The notes below the pieces were generated by a model, which worked only from the letters and a program-made list of their open reading frames with translations, made no database searches and was not told the DNA's origin. A DNA stretch of 64,000 bases from the NCBI GenBank assembly GCA_002269645.1, contig NIVC01001505.1, forward strand, positions 212,481 through 276,480. The letters are read 5' to 3'. This document shows positions 42,498 to 60,499 of this stretch, piece by piece. Source of the stretch: Macrostomum lignano. Its lineage: Eukaryota. The position numbers and the translations under genes are program-made. Numbering within the stretch: the first letter of the stretch is position 1; each line of letters starts with the position of its first letter.

Positions 42498-42837
42498 GCA
42501 CTTTGCCCTAGTTGGCATCCACAATATTATTTTCGCAGCCCATCGACAATGATTTTTCTTCAGAAAGAATGCCTAACATTCGAGTGCAGTTGCTTTTTCT
42601 CTCGAACTTATCCTTCGCCCCAAGCGAGGCGCGGCGCCGCTTTGAAAAAGGAATAACACACAATTGGCGTTTTCTTATGATTAAATTGAGCACATTTCGT
42701 TTGCTGCAATTTTTAAAGCAATCTTTTGACTAATTCTTTTTACTAGTTGAAGAATTTGTTAGTCTTTTCTGTAGACAGTTTTTAAAACCGGTTTGTCAAG
42801 AGAGATTCTTCACAATTGGCAAGGATGGTAAATGTAG

Positions 42838-43747
42838 ATCAGGTGTGTTAAGGATGATCATCCAGAGGATGGTGGCTGTAAATCAACTGTGTTAAGGGTG
42901 ATTATCCAGAGGATGGTGGCTGTAAACCAGGTGTTTTAAGTATGATCATCCAGAGGATGGTGGCTGTAAACCAGGTGTTTTAAGTATGATCATCCAGAGG
43001 ATGGTGGCTGTAAACCAGGTGTTTTAAGTATGATCATCCAGAGGATGGTGGCTGTAAACCAGGTGTTTTAAGTATGATCATCCAGAGGATGGTGGCTGTA
43101 AACCAGGTGTTTTAAGTATGATCATCCAGAGGATGGTGGCTGTAAACCAGGTGTTTTAAGTATGATCATCCAGAGGATGGTGGCTGTAAACCAGGTGTTT
43201 TAAGTATGATCATCCAGAGGATGGTGACTGTAAACCAGGTGTTTTAAGTATGATCATCCAGAGGATGGTGACTGTAAACCAGGTGTTTTAAGTATGATCA
43301 TCCAGAGGATGGTGGCTGTAAATCAACTGTGTTAAGGGTGATTATCCAGAGGATGGTGGCTGTAAACCAGGTGTTTTAAGCATGATCATCCAGAGGATGG
43401 TGGCTGTAAACCAGGTGTTTTAAGTATGATCATCCAGAGGATGGTGACTGTAAACCAGGTGTTTTAAGTATGATCATCCAGAGGATGGTGACTGTAAACC
43501 AGGTGTTTTAAGTATGATCATCCAGAGGATGGTGGCTGTAAATCAACTGTGTTAAGGGTGATTATCCAGAGGATGGTGGCTGTAAACCAGGTGTTTTAAG
43601 TATGATCATCCAGAGGATGGTGGCTGTAAACCAGGTGTTTTAAGTATGATCATCCAGAGGATGGTGACTGTAAACCAGGTGTTTTAAGTATGATCATCCA
43701 GAGGATGGTGGCTGTAAACCAGGTGTTTTAAGGATGATCATCCAGAG
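42838..43747. repeat. 44-bp minisatellite (AAGTATGATCATCCAGAGGATGGTGGCTGTAAACCAGGTGTTTT)n
   Basis: About 20 copies; a variant unit recurs periodically. Confidence 0.97.
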
Positions 43748-44227
43748 GCTGCCGAAGGAAAACTGTTAAAAAATAATAATCCAGAAGAGAGGATTTTGAA
43801 TTTCAGACGAGCAATTCTCAATAGGAAAAAAACCAAGCAGAAAGCAGTGTCGACAGGTGCCAATATGCGATGGCTGCTGATTTAGCTGAGCGACTTTCAG
43901 ACAGGTAGGAAGAGATAATTATCGAGGAGACAAACTGCATTTCAATAGGCAACACTTAGCATAAAAGCAGGAAGAGATGGAATACGCTCGTAATTGAAGC
44001 ACTCAATCGATTGCCACTCAAGCAAAGCATCGTGAGGCTCGATTCAGCTGAGCCAAGCGCTTCTGCGCTTTTAAGCAGCTGATAATTGCAGGCAAGCCAA
44101 TCCGAAGCACAGCCCCTCGACTGCAAATCCACTATTTTCAGACCCAGCGCCAACCCCTAGGCAGCCAAGCTTAGCTTGCAAAGTAGAATAGTTGAGCCAG
44201 AGGGCGAGGTTTTGTGTTATTTTCTAT

Positions 44228-45729
44228 GGGATCCAGTCCCAACTTATCCTAAGATCCAGTCCCAACTTGTCCCAAGATCCCGTCGTACTTGTCCAGAGAT
44301 TTCGTCCCGACTTGTCCCGAGATCCCGTCGACTTGTCCCGAGATCCCGTCGACTTGTCCCGAGATCCAGTCCCAACTTGTCCCAAGATCCCGTCGACTTG
44401 TCCCGAGATCCCGTCCCAACTTGTCCTGAGATCCCATCCCTACCTGTCCCGAGATCTCGTCCTGGTTTTTTCCCAAGATCCCGTCCCTACTTGTCCAGAG
44501 ATCCCGTCCCGACCTGTCCCGAGATCCCGTCCCGACCTGTCCCAAGATCCCGTCCCAACTTGTCCCGAGATCCCGTCCAGGTTTGTCCCAAGATTCCGTC
44601 CTGGTTTGTCCCGAGATCCCGTCCCAACTTGTCCCGAGATCCCGTCCCAACTTGTCCCGAGATCCCGTCCCAACTTGTCCCGAGATCCCGTCCCAACTTG
44701 TCTCCGAGATCCCGTCCTGGTTTGTCCCAAAATCCCGTCCTAACTTGTCCCGAGATCCCATCCTGGTTTGTCCCGAGATCCCGTCCCAACTTATCCCGAG
44801 ATCCCGTCCCAACTTGTCCCGAGATCCCGTCCTGGTTTGTCCCAAAATCCCGTCCTAACTTGTCCCGAGATCCCATCCTGGTTTGTCCCGAGATCCCGTC
44901 CCAACATATCCCGAGATCCCGTCCCAACTTGTCCCGAGATCCCGTCCCAACTTATCCCCGAGATCCCGTCCAGGTTTGTCCCAAGATCCCGTCCCAACTT
45001 GTCCCGAGATCCCATCCTGGTTTGTCCCAAGATCCCGTCCCAACTTGTCCCGAGATCCCATCCTGGTTTGTCCCAAGATCCCGTCCCAACTTATCCCCGA
45101 AATCCCGTCCCAACTTGTCCCGAGATCCCATCCTGGTTTGTCCCAAGATCCCGTCCCAACTTGTCCCGAGATCCCATCCTGGTTTGTCCCAAGATCCCGT
45201 CCCAACTTGTCCCGAGATCCCATCCTGGTTTGTCCCGAGATCCCGTCCCAACTTGTCTCCGAGATCCCGTCCTGGTTTGTCCCAAAATCCCGTCCTAACT
45301 TGTCCCGAGATCCCATCCTGGTTTGTCCCGAGATCCCGTCCCAACTTATCCCGAGATCCCGTCCCAACTTGTCCCGAGATCCCGTCCCAACTTATCCCCG
45401 AGATCCCGTCCAGGTTTGTCCCAAGATCCCGTCCCAACTTGTCCCGAGATCCCATCCTGGTTTGTCCCAAGATCCCGTCCCAACTTATCCCCGAAATCCC
45501 GTCCCAACTTGTCCCGAGATCCCATCCTGGTTTGTTCCAAGATCCCGTCCCAACTTGTCCCGAGATCCCATCCTGGTTTGTCCCAAGATCCCGTCCCAAC
45601 TTGTCCCGAGATCCCATCCTGGTTTGTCCCAAGATCCCGTCCCAACTTGTCCCGAGATCCCGTCCCAACTTGTCCCAAGATCCCGTCCCAACTTGTCCCG
45701 AGATCCCGTCCCTACTTGTCCCGAGATCC
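44228..45729. repeat. 23-bp minisatellite (CCCGTCCCAACTTGTCCCGAGAT)n
   Basis: About 65 copies; this array explains the many overlapping spurious ORFs here. Confidence 0.98.
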
Positions 45730-45757
45730 TAATTTTATATCCCGACCCAAAAAAAGT

Positions 45758-49130
<3,373 letters not shown>

Positions 49131-49958
49131 TTGCTTGTCCCACTGTAGCTGCCTTGAGAGGCCTTGAGAGTCAGCAATTTTGAGTCTTGACTGATGGTTT
49201 AGGGAAAAGTTTGTTGACACTTCAAATTCTAGTGCAGTGTCTCCATGGTTGAACAAAGAGGCTGCAGACAGAGGTGAAAGCGCTCTACCTGGAAGGCACA
49301 CAAGCGGGGTTAAACCCGGGGTATTTGCGCAGCCTGAAGGAAGTGGGAAAAGAAGAGAGAGCAGACCCCGCATGCCTGCAAATGGTGAAATCCGCTGATA
49401 GGCTTTGGCAAACATTCCAGTCTGATAGACGTGACAGTGCATGACTCGGCTGGGCAAATTGACAAGACAACAGGAGCCAAAATTCTCAGTTTTAATTGCC
49501 AATATTGTTAGCTTCGAATTATTATTATTATTATTATTATTATTATCGTATTTGATCTAAACAAATTTGGTTAATTATTTATAAAACAGTTTGCAACATT
49601 GCAATGCAATTAATGGGTGTGTATATATTACAAAGCGGACAAGCAGGCATTCGATTAACTGCAATGGAGTGAGAGCTACTCAGCCATGCTCAGGAGGAAC
49701 TGTAGAGACACAGAAAGCAGACAATTAAAAAAACCGCCCGACGAAATTCGTTAATTCAGTAATTTTATTGCCAAATCAAATAATTCACGTAAAACTCGCA
49801 GCTAGGCTACTAACAGTAGCGCAGTTAGTAATACGTGTAAGTATAAAGATGACGCGATTATATATAAAAACACGACGGCTTTGCCCAAAAAAGGTGGGCC
49901 AGACTAAAAAAAACAGTGGCTAACATAATGGCAGTAGTAAAAATCATTACTATTGTGC
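49131..49958 (+). repeat. 828-bp direct repeat, right copy
   Basis: Begins immediately after the (GTAA)n tail of the LINE and diverges from the left copy after tattgtgc. Confidence 0.95.
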
Positions 49959-50346
49959 AAAAGCAGCAAATAAAAATTTCGATTTAGCCTTTGCTATAAT
50001 TAAGCATTGGTCTTGATTACTTAAGAATGCGAGCATGTTTTAACGAATAAATGGGCTATGAGGTCAGAGAGGAAATTGTGAAGAGGACAAGGGTAGAACT
50101 CAAGCCTGATAAAAAAATTATAAAGAAACAGCAATCAATAGTTTAATTGCAATTAAGAATGATTTTTGAGGAATAAATAATTTTTTAAGCGTAAACTAAA
50201 AATGAAAAAGACAGACAGCAGGGTTACCTGCTTATGCAATCAGAAGATGCAGCTCAATCATCAAGCATAAAATGTATCAAACCCACACTTGTACTGCGTG
50301 ATTCAGCTGTGTTTATATAAATCAACTACCAAGACGCAAAAGGCGT

Positions 50347-51147
50347 AATCTCTACCCCAATTCCATATGAATGTACATTGAGACTTCAATCTCTACCCCA
50401 ATACCATATGAATGTACATTGAGACCTCAATCTCTACCCCAATACCATATGAATGTACATTGAGACTTCAATCACTCTACCCCAATTCCATATGAATGTA
50501 CATTGAGACTTCAATCTCTACCCCAATTCCATATGAATGTACATTGAGACCTCAATCTCTACCCCAATTCCATATGAATGTACATTGAGACCTCAATCTC
50601 TACCCCAATTCCATATGAATGTACATTGAGACCTCAATCTCTACCCCAATTCCATATGAATGTACATTGAGACCTCAATCTCTACCCCAATTCCATATGA
50701 ATGTACATTGAGACTTAAATCTCTACCCCAATACCATTTGAATGAACATTGAGACCTCAATCTCTCTACCCCAATACCATTTGAATGTACATTGAGACCT
50801 CAATCTCTCTACCCCAATTCCATATAAATGTACATTGAGAATTCAATCTCTACCCCAATTCCATATGAATGTACATTGAAACTTCAATCTCTCTGCCCCA
50901 ATTCCATATGAATGTACATTGAGACCTCAATCTCTACCCCAATTCCATATAAATGTACATTGAGAATTCAATCTCTACCCCAATTCCATATGAATGTACA
51001 TTGAAACTTCAATCTCTCTACCCCAATTCCATATAAATGTACATTGAGAATTCAATCTCTACCCCAATTCCATATGAATGTACATTGAAACTTCAATCTC
51101 TCTGCCCCAATTCCATATGAATGTACATTGAGACCTATCTCTCTACC
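50347..51147. repeat. 41-bp minisatellite (AATCTCTACCCCAATTCCATATGAATGTACATTGAGACTTC)n
   Basis: About 19 copies. Confidence 0.97.
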
Positions 51148-51704
51148 CCTCCTAATTCAATATGAATGTACACCAAATTACCAATTACTCATTACTATTA
51201 CGCTTCATTACTAATCCGTCACTAGCCGCGCACATGTTCTCTGATTCTGTGTCAACAATCAAACATGGATATTGATATTGTAAATATAAAATTGTTAATA
51301 AAAAAACTACATGGTGGTCTAAAAAACACAAAAAGACCAGTCAGTCATCACCCCCGATGCCAGAGCTACTCCTTACACACGATGCGCAATACACATAAAA
51401 AGGAAGATCTCCATTTCAATCATTGTATTAAGCAACATTTTTTTCTACTAAACAAGAAATTGCTCTTCTAGGGGAGCGACTGGGGGCCTTATCACAACTA
51501 GACGCTGCAAAACTACTTTATAAAACGATTCGTACAGCAAAACTTAATTCTATTTCTCTTCTCCAAAACAAAACAATGACGACACGATGTAAGAGGAAGG
51601 CCGGTTACTAAACCTTTAGTAGTAGCTTATTACTATAACAGCAATCAGACTGGACAAGCTGTTAATGCAGACCAGATTAAAAGAAAACAGCAATATGCGA
51701 GAAC

Positions 51705-51767
51705 TCATAGGAATGGGTTGAGTCCGGCAGCCGAGGCTGGCACAGGCTCATGGGACATGTTGAAGTG

Positions 51768-51804
<37 letters not shown>

Positions 51805-54800
51805 AACTCGGCCAGAGTGGGCTGACCAGCTGAGCCCGGGTCGGAGCTGGCAAACGGGTTGACCCCGCCCAGCCCCGATGCGAATGGATTTGTGCCAGCG
51901 CCCGCTGCAAAATCCCAGTTTTTTTGTAATTACTGTTGGCATTTGGATACTGGCTGCGCTACTGTAAGTAGGCAGATGGCAAATAAGAATACGAAATTCT
52001 GCTGCTTAGATTAGCTAAACTAGATTAGCAATCCATACAAACTAGATTAGCCATGCATTCAGACTAGATTAGCAATCCATTTTTGACTAGATTAGCAATC
52101 CATTCAGACTAGATTAGCAATCCATTTTTGACTAGATTAGCAATCCATTCAGACTAGATTAGCAATTAATGCAGACTAGATTAGCAATCCATTCAGACTA
52201 GATTAGCAATTAATGCAGACTAGATTAGCAATCCATTCAGACTAGATTAGCAATCCATTCTTGACTAGATTAGCAATCCATTCAGACTAGATTAGCAATC
52301 CATTTTTGACTAGATTAGCAATCCATTCAGACTAGATTAGCAATCCATTCTTGACTAGATTAGCAATTCATTCTTGACTAGATTAGCAATTCATCCAGAC
52401 TAGATTAGCAATCCATACAGACTAGATTAGCAATTCATCCAGACTAGATTAGCAATTCATCCAGACTAGATTAGCAATCCATACAGACTAGATTAGCAAT
52501 CCATACAGACTAGATTAGCAATCCATTCTTGACTAGATTAGCAATCCATTCTTGACTAGATTAGCAATTCATCCAGACTAGATTAGCAATCCATACAGAC
52601 TAGATTAGCAATCCATTTAGACTAGATTAGCAATCCATTCATTCTAGATTAGCAATCCATTCAGACTAGATTAGCAATCCATACAAACTAGACTAGCAAT
52701 CCATACAGACTAGATTAGCAATCCATTTAGACTAGATTAGCAATCCATTCAGACTAGATTAGCAATCCATACAAACTAGACTAGCAATCCATACAGACTA
52801 GATTAGCAATCCATTTAGACTAGATTAGCAATCCATTTAGACTAGATTAGCAATCCATTCAGACTAGATTAGCAATCCATACAAACTAGACTAGCAATCC
52901 ATTTAGACTAGATTAGCAATCCATTTAGACTAGATTAGCAATCCATTCAGACTAGATTAGCAATCCATTTAGACTAGATTAGCAATCCATTTAGACTAGA
53001 TTAGCAATCCATTCAGACTAGATTAGCAATCCATTTAGACTAGATTAGCAATCCATTTAGACTAGATTAGCAATCCATTTAGACTAGATTAGCAATCCAT
53101 TCAGACTAGATTAGCAATCCATTTAGACTAGATTAGCAATCCATTCAGACTAGATTAGCAATCCATACAAACTAGACTAGCAATCCACTCGGGCTATATA
53201 AAAGCTATATTATAAAACACTTACCCTTCGGCGCACTAACCAGGCTATCCAGATTAACCAGATTTCCGTGCTCACTTAAGAAATTTTTAGCCACAGATTT
53301 GCTGGCCGAAGCGCTTGGCGAAGGCTGCTGCTGTTGCTCCGCGGAGTTTGAGGACGAGAGAAGGTCGGGAGGCTGAGCAGCCGCGGGAGCCCAGAGGTCG
53401 GCAGATACTAAGTAAGCCAAATAAAAGGACACAATTAAGTGCAACCTCAGGACAGTCAAAAAGTTCAAATCGAGAGACTCACGAGATTGCAAATCGCTGC
53501 CTGAAGACTGCGGCTGTCTGGCGGGCAGGGGCGGCGGAGCCGCCGTTGCAGACATGGCGGTGGCGGACTTGGCCCACGGATCGCCGATTGCTGCGGGCGT
53601 GGGGATGGCAGACAGTCAATGGCGTTGAAATTATTCACTGAGCGCTTAGCAACTGAAGAACTGGAAGGCCGGCAGTGGCCCAGCAACTGAGGATCTGGGA
53701 GGCTGGACCAGCAACTGAGGATCTGGGAGGCTGGACCAGCAACTGAGGATCTGGGAGGCTGGCCCAGCAACTGACACTCTGGGAGGCTGGTCCAGCAACT
53801 GAGGATCTGGGAGGCTGGACCAGCAACTGAGGATCTGGGAGGCTGGTCCAGCAGCTGAGGATCTGGGAGGCTGGAACAGCAACTGAGGATCTGGGAGGCT
53901 GGCCCAGCAACTGAGGATCTGGGAGGCTGGTGGCCTAGCAACTGAGGATCTGGGAGGCTGGTCCAACAACTGAGGATCTGGGAGGCTGGCCCAGCAACTG
54001 AGGATCTGGGAGGCTGGCCCAGCAACTGAGGATCTGGGAGGCTGGCCCAGCAACTGAGGATCTGGGAGGCTGGTCCAGCAGAGGAGGATCTAGTAGGCTT
54101 GTGGCCCAGCAACTGAGGATCTGGGAAGCTGGTGGCCCAGCAGCTGAGGATCTGGGAGGCTGGTGGCCCAGCAACTGAGGATATGGGAAGCTGGTGGCCC
54201 AGCAATGGAGGATCTGGGAGGCTGGTGGCCCAGCAACTGAGGATCTGGGAGGCTAGTGGCCCAGCAGCTGAGGATCTGAGCAGCTAAAGCTAACTATCAA
54301 GCGAGTCTTGGCTATCTCTATCTCACCAAACGAAGAGCCATTGGCGCCCACGGAAGCGGTGGCGCCGGTAGCCCAGGGGTCGGCGCTGCCAAGACTCCAG
54401 GGGTCTCCGGCGCTGGTGCCGCCGCCAATGGAGGCTGTGGCCGTGGTGGCGGAGTTTGCCCAAGGATCGGGCGCGTTGGCCGGAGCCGCCGACAGCGACG
54501 TGTCAATCAGGTCGACCAGAGTGCCCGACTGCGCAAGTGGAGGTGGAATATATAGAAGAAATAGAAAATAGAATAGACAGTAGAATGGAACGGACATAAA
54601 AAATCCTTGCACTTCAGTAGGCTGCCATCCCTCATGTACTTCAGTAGGCTGCCATCCCTCATGTACTTCAGTAGGCTGCCATCCCTCATGTACTTCAGTA
54701 GGCTGCCATCCCTCATGTACTTCAGTAGGCTGCCATCCCTCATGTACTTCAGTAGGCTGCCATCCCTCATGTACTTCAGTAGGCTGCCATCCCTCATGTA

Positions 54801-56956
54801 CTTCAGTAGGCTGCCATCCCTCATGTACTTCAGTAGGCTGCCATCCCTCATGTACTTCAGTAGGCTGCCATCCCTCATGTACTTCAGTAGGCTGCCACCC
54901 CCCACTGTCAGTAGGCTGCCCCTGTACTTGTACTTCAGTAGGCTGGTAACCTTCACTGTACTTCAGTAGGCTGCTACCCTCGCTGTACTTCAGTAGGCTG
55001 CCATCCCTCATGTACTTCAGTAGGCTGCAACCCCCACTGTCAGTAGACTGACCCTGTACTTCAGTAGGCTGGTAACCTTCACTGTACTTCAGTAGGCTGC
55101 TACCCTCGCTGTACTTTAGTAGGCTGCCATCCCTCATGTACTTCAGTAGGCTGGAACCCCCACTATCAGTAGACTGACCCTGTACTTCAGTAGGCTGCTA
55201 CCCTCGTTGTAATTCATTAGGCTGCTACCTTGACAATTCAGTAGGCTGCTACCTCCAAGCACTGTACTATAGTAGGCTGCCAAACCCCCTGTACTTCAGT
55301 GGGCTGCCCTTTGTACTTCGGTAGGCTGCCACCCCCCCCCCCCAACTTTTCTGTACGGTTTAAATGAATCAAATAAAACAAAATACCTTCTGCCGAGTAA
55401 CTGTAGCCCCTTTCTTCTGACGCTCCTGCAAATTTAGAAATCGCCATGCTATTGGACTACTGCTTTTCACTGACAGCTTAATTAGAAACCAGGCACACGA
55501 GCCAACTCAAACCTCTTCATCCCGCTTGCTGGCCTCCAACGCCATCCTCAGCTTCATATCCTCTTTAAGTCCTTCGGCCTCTCTTCGCCTCATCTCCTGT
55601 TCGTGCTCCTCCTTGGACAGTGCCAGCGCCAACTGCAGTTCGATGTCCTCAGCCTCCTGGTGTACACCGCCGCCGCCTCCGGCAGTAACAGCGGCAGCGG
55701 CACCGGGCGAGGCTGGCAGGTCGTCTCCGCTGCCGGCGAACTCCGGCGCGCGCATGCGGCTGCGACCGCTGCCAGAGCCGGTGTGGTGCCCCACACCCTG
55801 GTGCAGGCGCTCGCGGGTTAGCAAGGCCTGTCGGAGTGAAGAACACACTATAATGCAGAACTATAGGGCTAGCAACAGGGCTACACAGACAGAAATACCA
55901 ATAGACAAAATGACTGCTTATAGACCGATAAGATGTACATAATGGCGTAGTGAAGAGATACCTAGTGACACAGAGAAGATACCTATTGACATAGAGAAGA
56001 TACCCAGTGACACAGAGAAGAGATACCCAGTGACAGAGAAGAGATACCCAGTGACACAGAGAAGAAATACCCAGTGACAGAGAAGAGATACACAGTGACA
56101 CAGAGAAGATACCTATTGACATAGAGAAGATACCCAGTGACACAGAGAAGAGATACCCAGTGACAGAGAAGAGATACCCAGTGACAGAGAAGAGATACCC
56201 AGTGACACAGAGAAGAAATACCCAGTGACAGAGAAGAGATACACAGTGACACAGAGAAGAGATACCCAGTGACAGAGAAGAGATACCCAGTGACACAGAG
56301 AAGAGATACCCAGTGACAGAGAAGAGATACCCAGTGACACAGAGAAGAGATACCCAGTGACACAGAGAAGAGATACCCAGAGACAGAGAAGAGATACCCA
56401 GTGAGATGGAGACACCCAGTGACATGGAGATACCCAGTGACATAGAGATGAGATAACCAGAGACATGGAGAGGTACCCAGTGATACAGAGAAGAGTGACA
56501 GATTGCTCAGCGACAAGCAGTACACACCTTGGCCCTCTCAGCCCGCAGTCTTTCATCATCTTTCAACAAAGCGACCAGCTGCTTAGCTTTCTCGCGCACA
56601 TTCAGGCCGTGATCGCGGGCCTCCTCAACATATTGGAAATCGCGCAATGATTGAATAACAAAGAGATTCTCCTTGCATTGCTGGGCCACCCTCTCGCTGC
56701 CAGTTTTAATTAGATAGTCCAGCAGCACCAAAGCTTTATAAACGTGACGCCAGTTCTTGTTTTTATCGTTTAACCGCTTCCAGATCATTGACATGATTTC
56801 TGTATAGGCCATTACATTGTAAGTCATCTCAGCTATCTCCGCCATTAAAGTGCTTGACGGCCCCCACGGGTCATTTGAGGTCGCTTCGCGTACTTTCACC
56901 TTGGCATCGGAATAATTGTGCACAATATTTTTGAAATTGCGTCGAATGGTTGTCAT
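51705..56956 (-). CDS. EPN: Epsin (ENTH domain, 2 UIMs, DPW motifs, clathrin box, 3 NPF motifs), 478 aa
   Basis: Exons 56956-56528, 55827-55513, 54528-54327, 53590-53483, 53407-53225 and 51904-51705, all phase-consistent. ENTH: RRNFKNIVHNYSDAKVKVREATSNDPWGP..KNWRHVYKAL. UIMs: EDIELQLALALS, EDMKLRMALEAS. DPW x4; NLVNLDSL; C-terminal NPFL*. Confidence 0.95.
52005..53187. repeat. 22-23-bp minisatellite (AGACTAGATTAGCAATCCATTC)n filling epsin intron 5
   Basis: About 52 copies. Confidence 0.98.
53680..54277. repeat. 28-bp minisatellite (CTGAGGATCTGGGAGGCTGGCCCAGCAA)n, copy 2, in epsin intron 3
   Basis: Same unit and orientation as 24925-25525. Confidence 0.97.
54611..55330. repeat. 27-bp minisatellite (CTTCAGTAGGCTGCCATCCCTCATGTA)n in epsin intron 2
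   Basis: About 11 perfect copies followed by degenerate copies. Confidence 0.96.
55951..56500. repeat. 21/23-bp minisatellite (CACAGAGAAGAGATACCCAGTGA)n in epsin intron 1
   Basis: About 25 copies. Confidence 0.96.
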
Positions 56957-58132
56957 GACAACTAGACAGCGCGATTAGAAGCAACTAGACTCTGAGATAA
57001 GATGCTCTAGATGTTCTGGTGAGCTATGGATTAAAAATATAAGGCTAAATGGCAGCCTGGGCCTGCTGTAAGATTGCTGACTGAAATTGTGAATTATAAA
57101 CTTGAAATTTAAATTGCAAAATCAATACACATTGAGGCACTGAAAGGGGGTTGCAACTCTCAAATTCATTTCTAACGCAGCTAAGAGCTGCGACCCTATC
57201 ACACCATTGTGAACTCTTGAAGTTATCTTAATTGACTACCTTGCCAATGGTGGCTAACTTTAAAAGACAATACAAGCTAATTTAGCTGCATACTAACCAT
57301 AACAAACTCTGCTTAACTTGCAGCACTGGCAGTGAATATGAATGTTAAGTTGTTAAAACTAGTAACACAAAACCAGTGCTTTTGTTACATTTTCTTATAG
57401 CATACAATTGTATATACCCATCTAGTTCACATTTATAAATCAAATTGTATGATTTAATTATGATTTATACCAGTTTATAAAATAAATATTATTTACCAAG
57501 TATACTAACAAGTAAAATAATTTTTTGTTACTAATCTAGACATAACTGCATATGGGGCTGTGTTCTGTGTAATTTTCTGTTGTTGTTTAGATATAGTAAA
57601 AATGTAATATTTTGAATATAAATAAAACTAAGTTTTATTTCCTTAAATATACTTACATAGGCAAGAATCTAAGCCAAGAAAAGATGGATAAAGAAAATTG
57701 AAATAACTGCTCTTTGAGCTTAAACTTGACCTATGCTAATTGCTTTTGATTGAAGACTATTGGTATAAGATAATAATATTTCTAAAAATAACCAAAAGGC
57801 ATATATATGATAATAGTAACCATAGACTTGAAAATAGTGATCTGCCTCTCTAAAACAATTTAATTGATTAATTACTATAAATCTAATTACCCTTTTTACT
57901 AATATACTTGAATAAATTTAATATGAAAAAGAAATTAAATATTAGCTACTAATATTTCATGATTATTCAAGTTATAGTTTATTTATAAAAAGCAATGAAA
58001 CAACATCAATTTAAAAAATAAACTTTACATTGACAACTTTTTTATGTTATTTTCTAGTATAAGCTTTCTATCTTTCTTTAATTAATAGTAATAATAGCTT
58101 CTGTTACAAATGTCATTAACTAGAACTAAGCC

Positions 58133-58968
58133 TAGAGATGTCAACCCTGGGGAGTGCTTCCTGGGGCCCCAGGGAGCTTGTTGGGGAATATTCCTTGCGG
58201 AATTGGACCAGGGACCCCAAGGAGAAAAAAGAAAAAAAATGCATTTTAACATAATTTTTGCCATTTAAATAAGAAAGTGATTCATAGAAAGCTGATTGAA
58301 ACTTTGTCTATGCTCTTTTACCACAAAACTGCTTATTTCAATGTATTACATCCTATGTATTTCAAACACAACACCTGCTTGAATGTTTTTTTCACTAGTA
58401 GTATTTCAATCAAACAAATTTCACATTAGGAAAAATGTGACCTATTAGGAAAAAAAAAGCCTAACTGACTACTATGTTGGTCTGCATTGATGGCTTGATG
58501 CATTTGACGCAGGCATAGCGCTACATCTTATTTCAGTCACTAGGGCATTGGGATGTGATATAATAACAAAATACTCCCTATTAGAAAAGGATATAATTGA
58601 GATTTATCTGCAAGAAATAAAAATTCCAATTATAAAAATAGTCTCATTCATTAATTATCCTCTGATGAGCATAGCTGCTGAGCATTTTCTGCATTTTCCA
58701 CTTCTGGAATCTAGACTCTTTCTAACAAAGGTGTGCGCACAATTTGGTAATGCCATATTGTCAAATACAGTTTTAAATAAACATTGTTTAAAGTTTTACC
58801 CTTGCACTTTGAACATGTAATCCAAAGCTTAAATCAAATTTAAAAAATGCCACTTAAGATCTAAGTTATCTATCATTTTTTACTTTTTTTCCCCAAGGTC
58901 CCTAGGGAATGATAGTAAATTCCTGTAGGGTCCCCAATAAAAAATTCCCTGGGGAATTGAAATCCCTA
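58133..58968. mobile_element. Possible old hAT-like non-autonomous DNA transposon
   Basis: Imperfect terminal inverted repeats (tagagatgtcaaccc vs reverse complement tagggatttcaattc, 11/15), flanking 8-mers actaagcc/attaggcc (6/8) and cctgggga-type subterminal motifs at both ends. Confidence 0.4.
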
Positions 58969-60499
58969 ATTAGGCCTATCACTTAATATTTTTTCTTTAT
59001 ACTATTATGCCTAATGTTTCTATTTTTATAAAAACTACAATTGAAAAAATTTTTTTGGTTTAATTATCTTTTATATAGGCCTAGTATTCATTCTTAGACC
59101 AAAAAGACTATTAAGACCTATAAAATTGTTATTATATTTCATAGACTTATTAAATAATATCAAACATATTATCTTCAATTTTATTTATTTATATAACTAA
59201 CTAGCATTGGGCCTTACTTGCTAAATCTTTAATTTATTATTAATTAACTAACTTGTTAAGTTTTTGTCAATTTTAATCAGTTAAAAAACCAGTTAATTTT
59301 TTAAATATCTGATTTTCTATTTAAATTAGGAGGCCTAGGTTAGTAGGCTGTTTCTTAAATTTCCCTAAAACTTTATATTCTTTATCATTATATTTTTATA
59401 ACTTTTTTTCTAAGTTTCTATGATAGAAAGAAGGCACCCATGGTGGCTTCTTGACTTCACCTTATCAGTTTTAAATTTATTGTTTATCAATTTTGACAAT
59501 TCTGGCTTAATTAGTAAATCAGTTTATTCTAGCACATTAATATTTAATTAAATAATATTTAAATTAAATATATATATTCTTTATCTCATTGTAATATGTC
59601 AGCAACTAAGCCTACCCTAGTAGTTAAGACAACTTCATTTACTTAAAACTTAAACATCTTAAGTGAAAAACGCAAACCAAAGACATCTACTTAAAATAAT
59701 ACATGTATGTGGTTTTACAAAACTGAACTAAAGCCAAATAGTTAGCTAATGGCAATGCCAATGGTGTTGGTGATTGTATGTAACGTCAGGATCGCTTCCA
59801 AATCAAAGGTAGAATAGAACCTTTATTCCTGTAACCAACTTTTTGCTGTACTGTCCACTGTAATGTACGGATATAAAGCTTGTCGTCTGTGGTTTTTTTT
59901 ATCAATTTATCATCTAGCCTCGACTGCAGAGACTTAATATAGAACTTATAGAAATAAGAAATTCTTTCATCCAAATAATACATTTTATTCCCTACTATAC
60001 AGATTGCTTGCCAAACTAACTCTTCAACTCCCTGTGTTTAGGCCCATTCTATACAACTTGTCGGTACTTAGTTCGAGAAAAAAAGGTAAACAATTTAAAC
60101 AATTTCATGTTCTAATTCTAAAGCCTGCATGCATGCAATGTAAAAATAAATAGTTTTGAATATTTAAAGTAGTACAACGATATTTCTAAAATGTCGCGTA
60201 ATTTACGAAACGTTTCTTTCTGGCAAAATGCACAACGTACCTCATGACCCCAAGTAAGCCTCCTTTTATACCCATAAAATAAGCAGCTTAACTTTTTTTC
60301 AATTGTGGGTTCCATTTCGACTGCGCACGTATAATGATACTTTATAATATTTTACTTTTGCCTAATATAATACAAAAAAGTTTCGTATATTAATAGTGCT
60401 GTGCTGCTTTTTTACGAATTACCGTATCATTCCAACGCTAAAATTATTTTTCATAGATGACTGTGTAGTATCTTAGTAGTATAGTATACTATATTCAGC

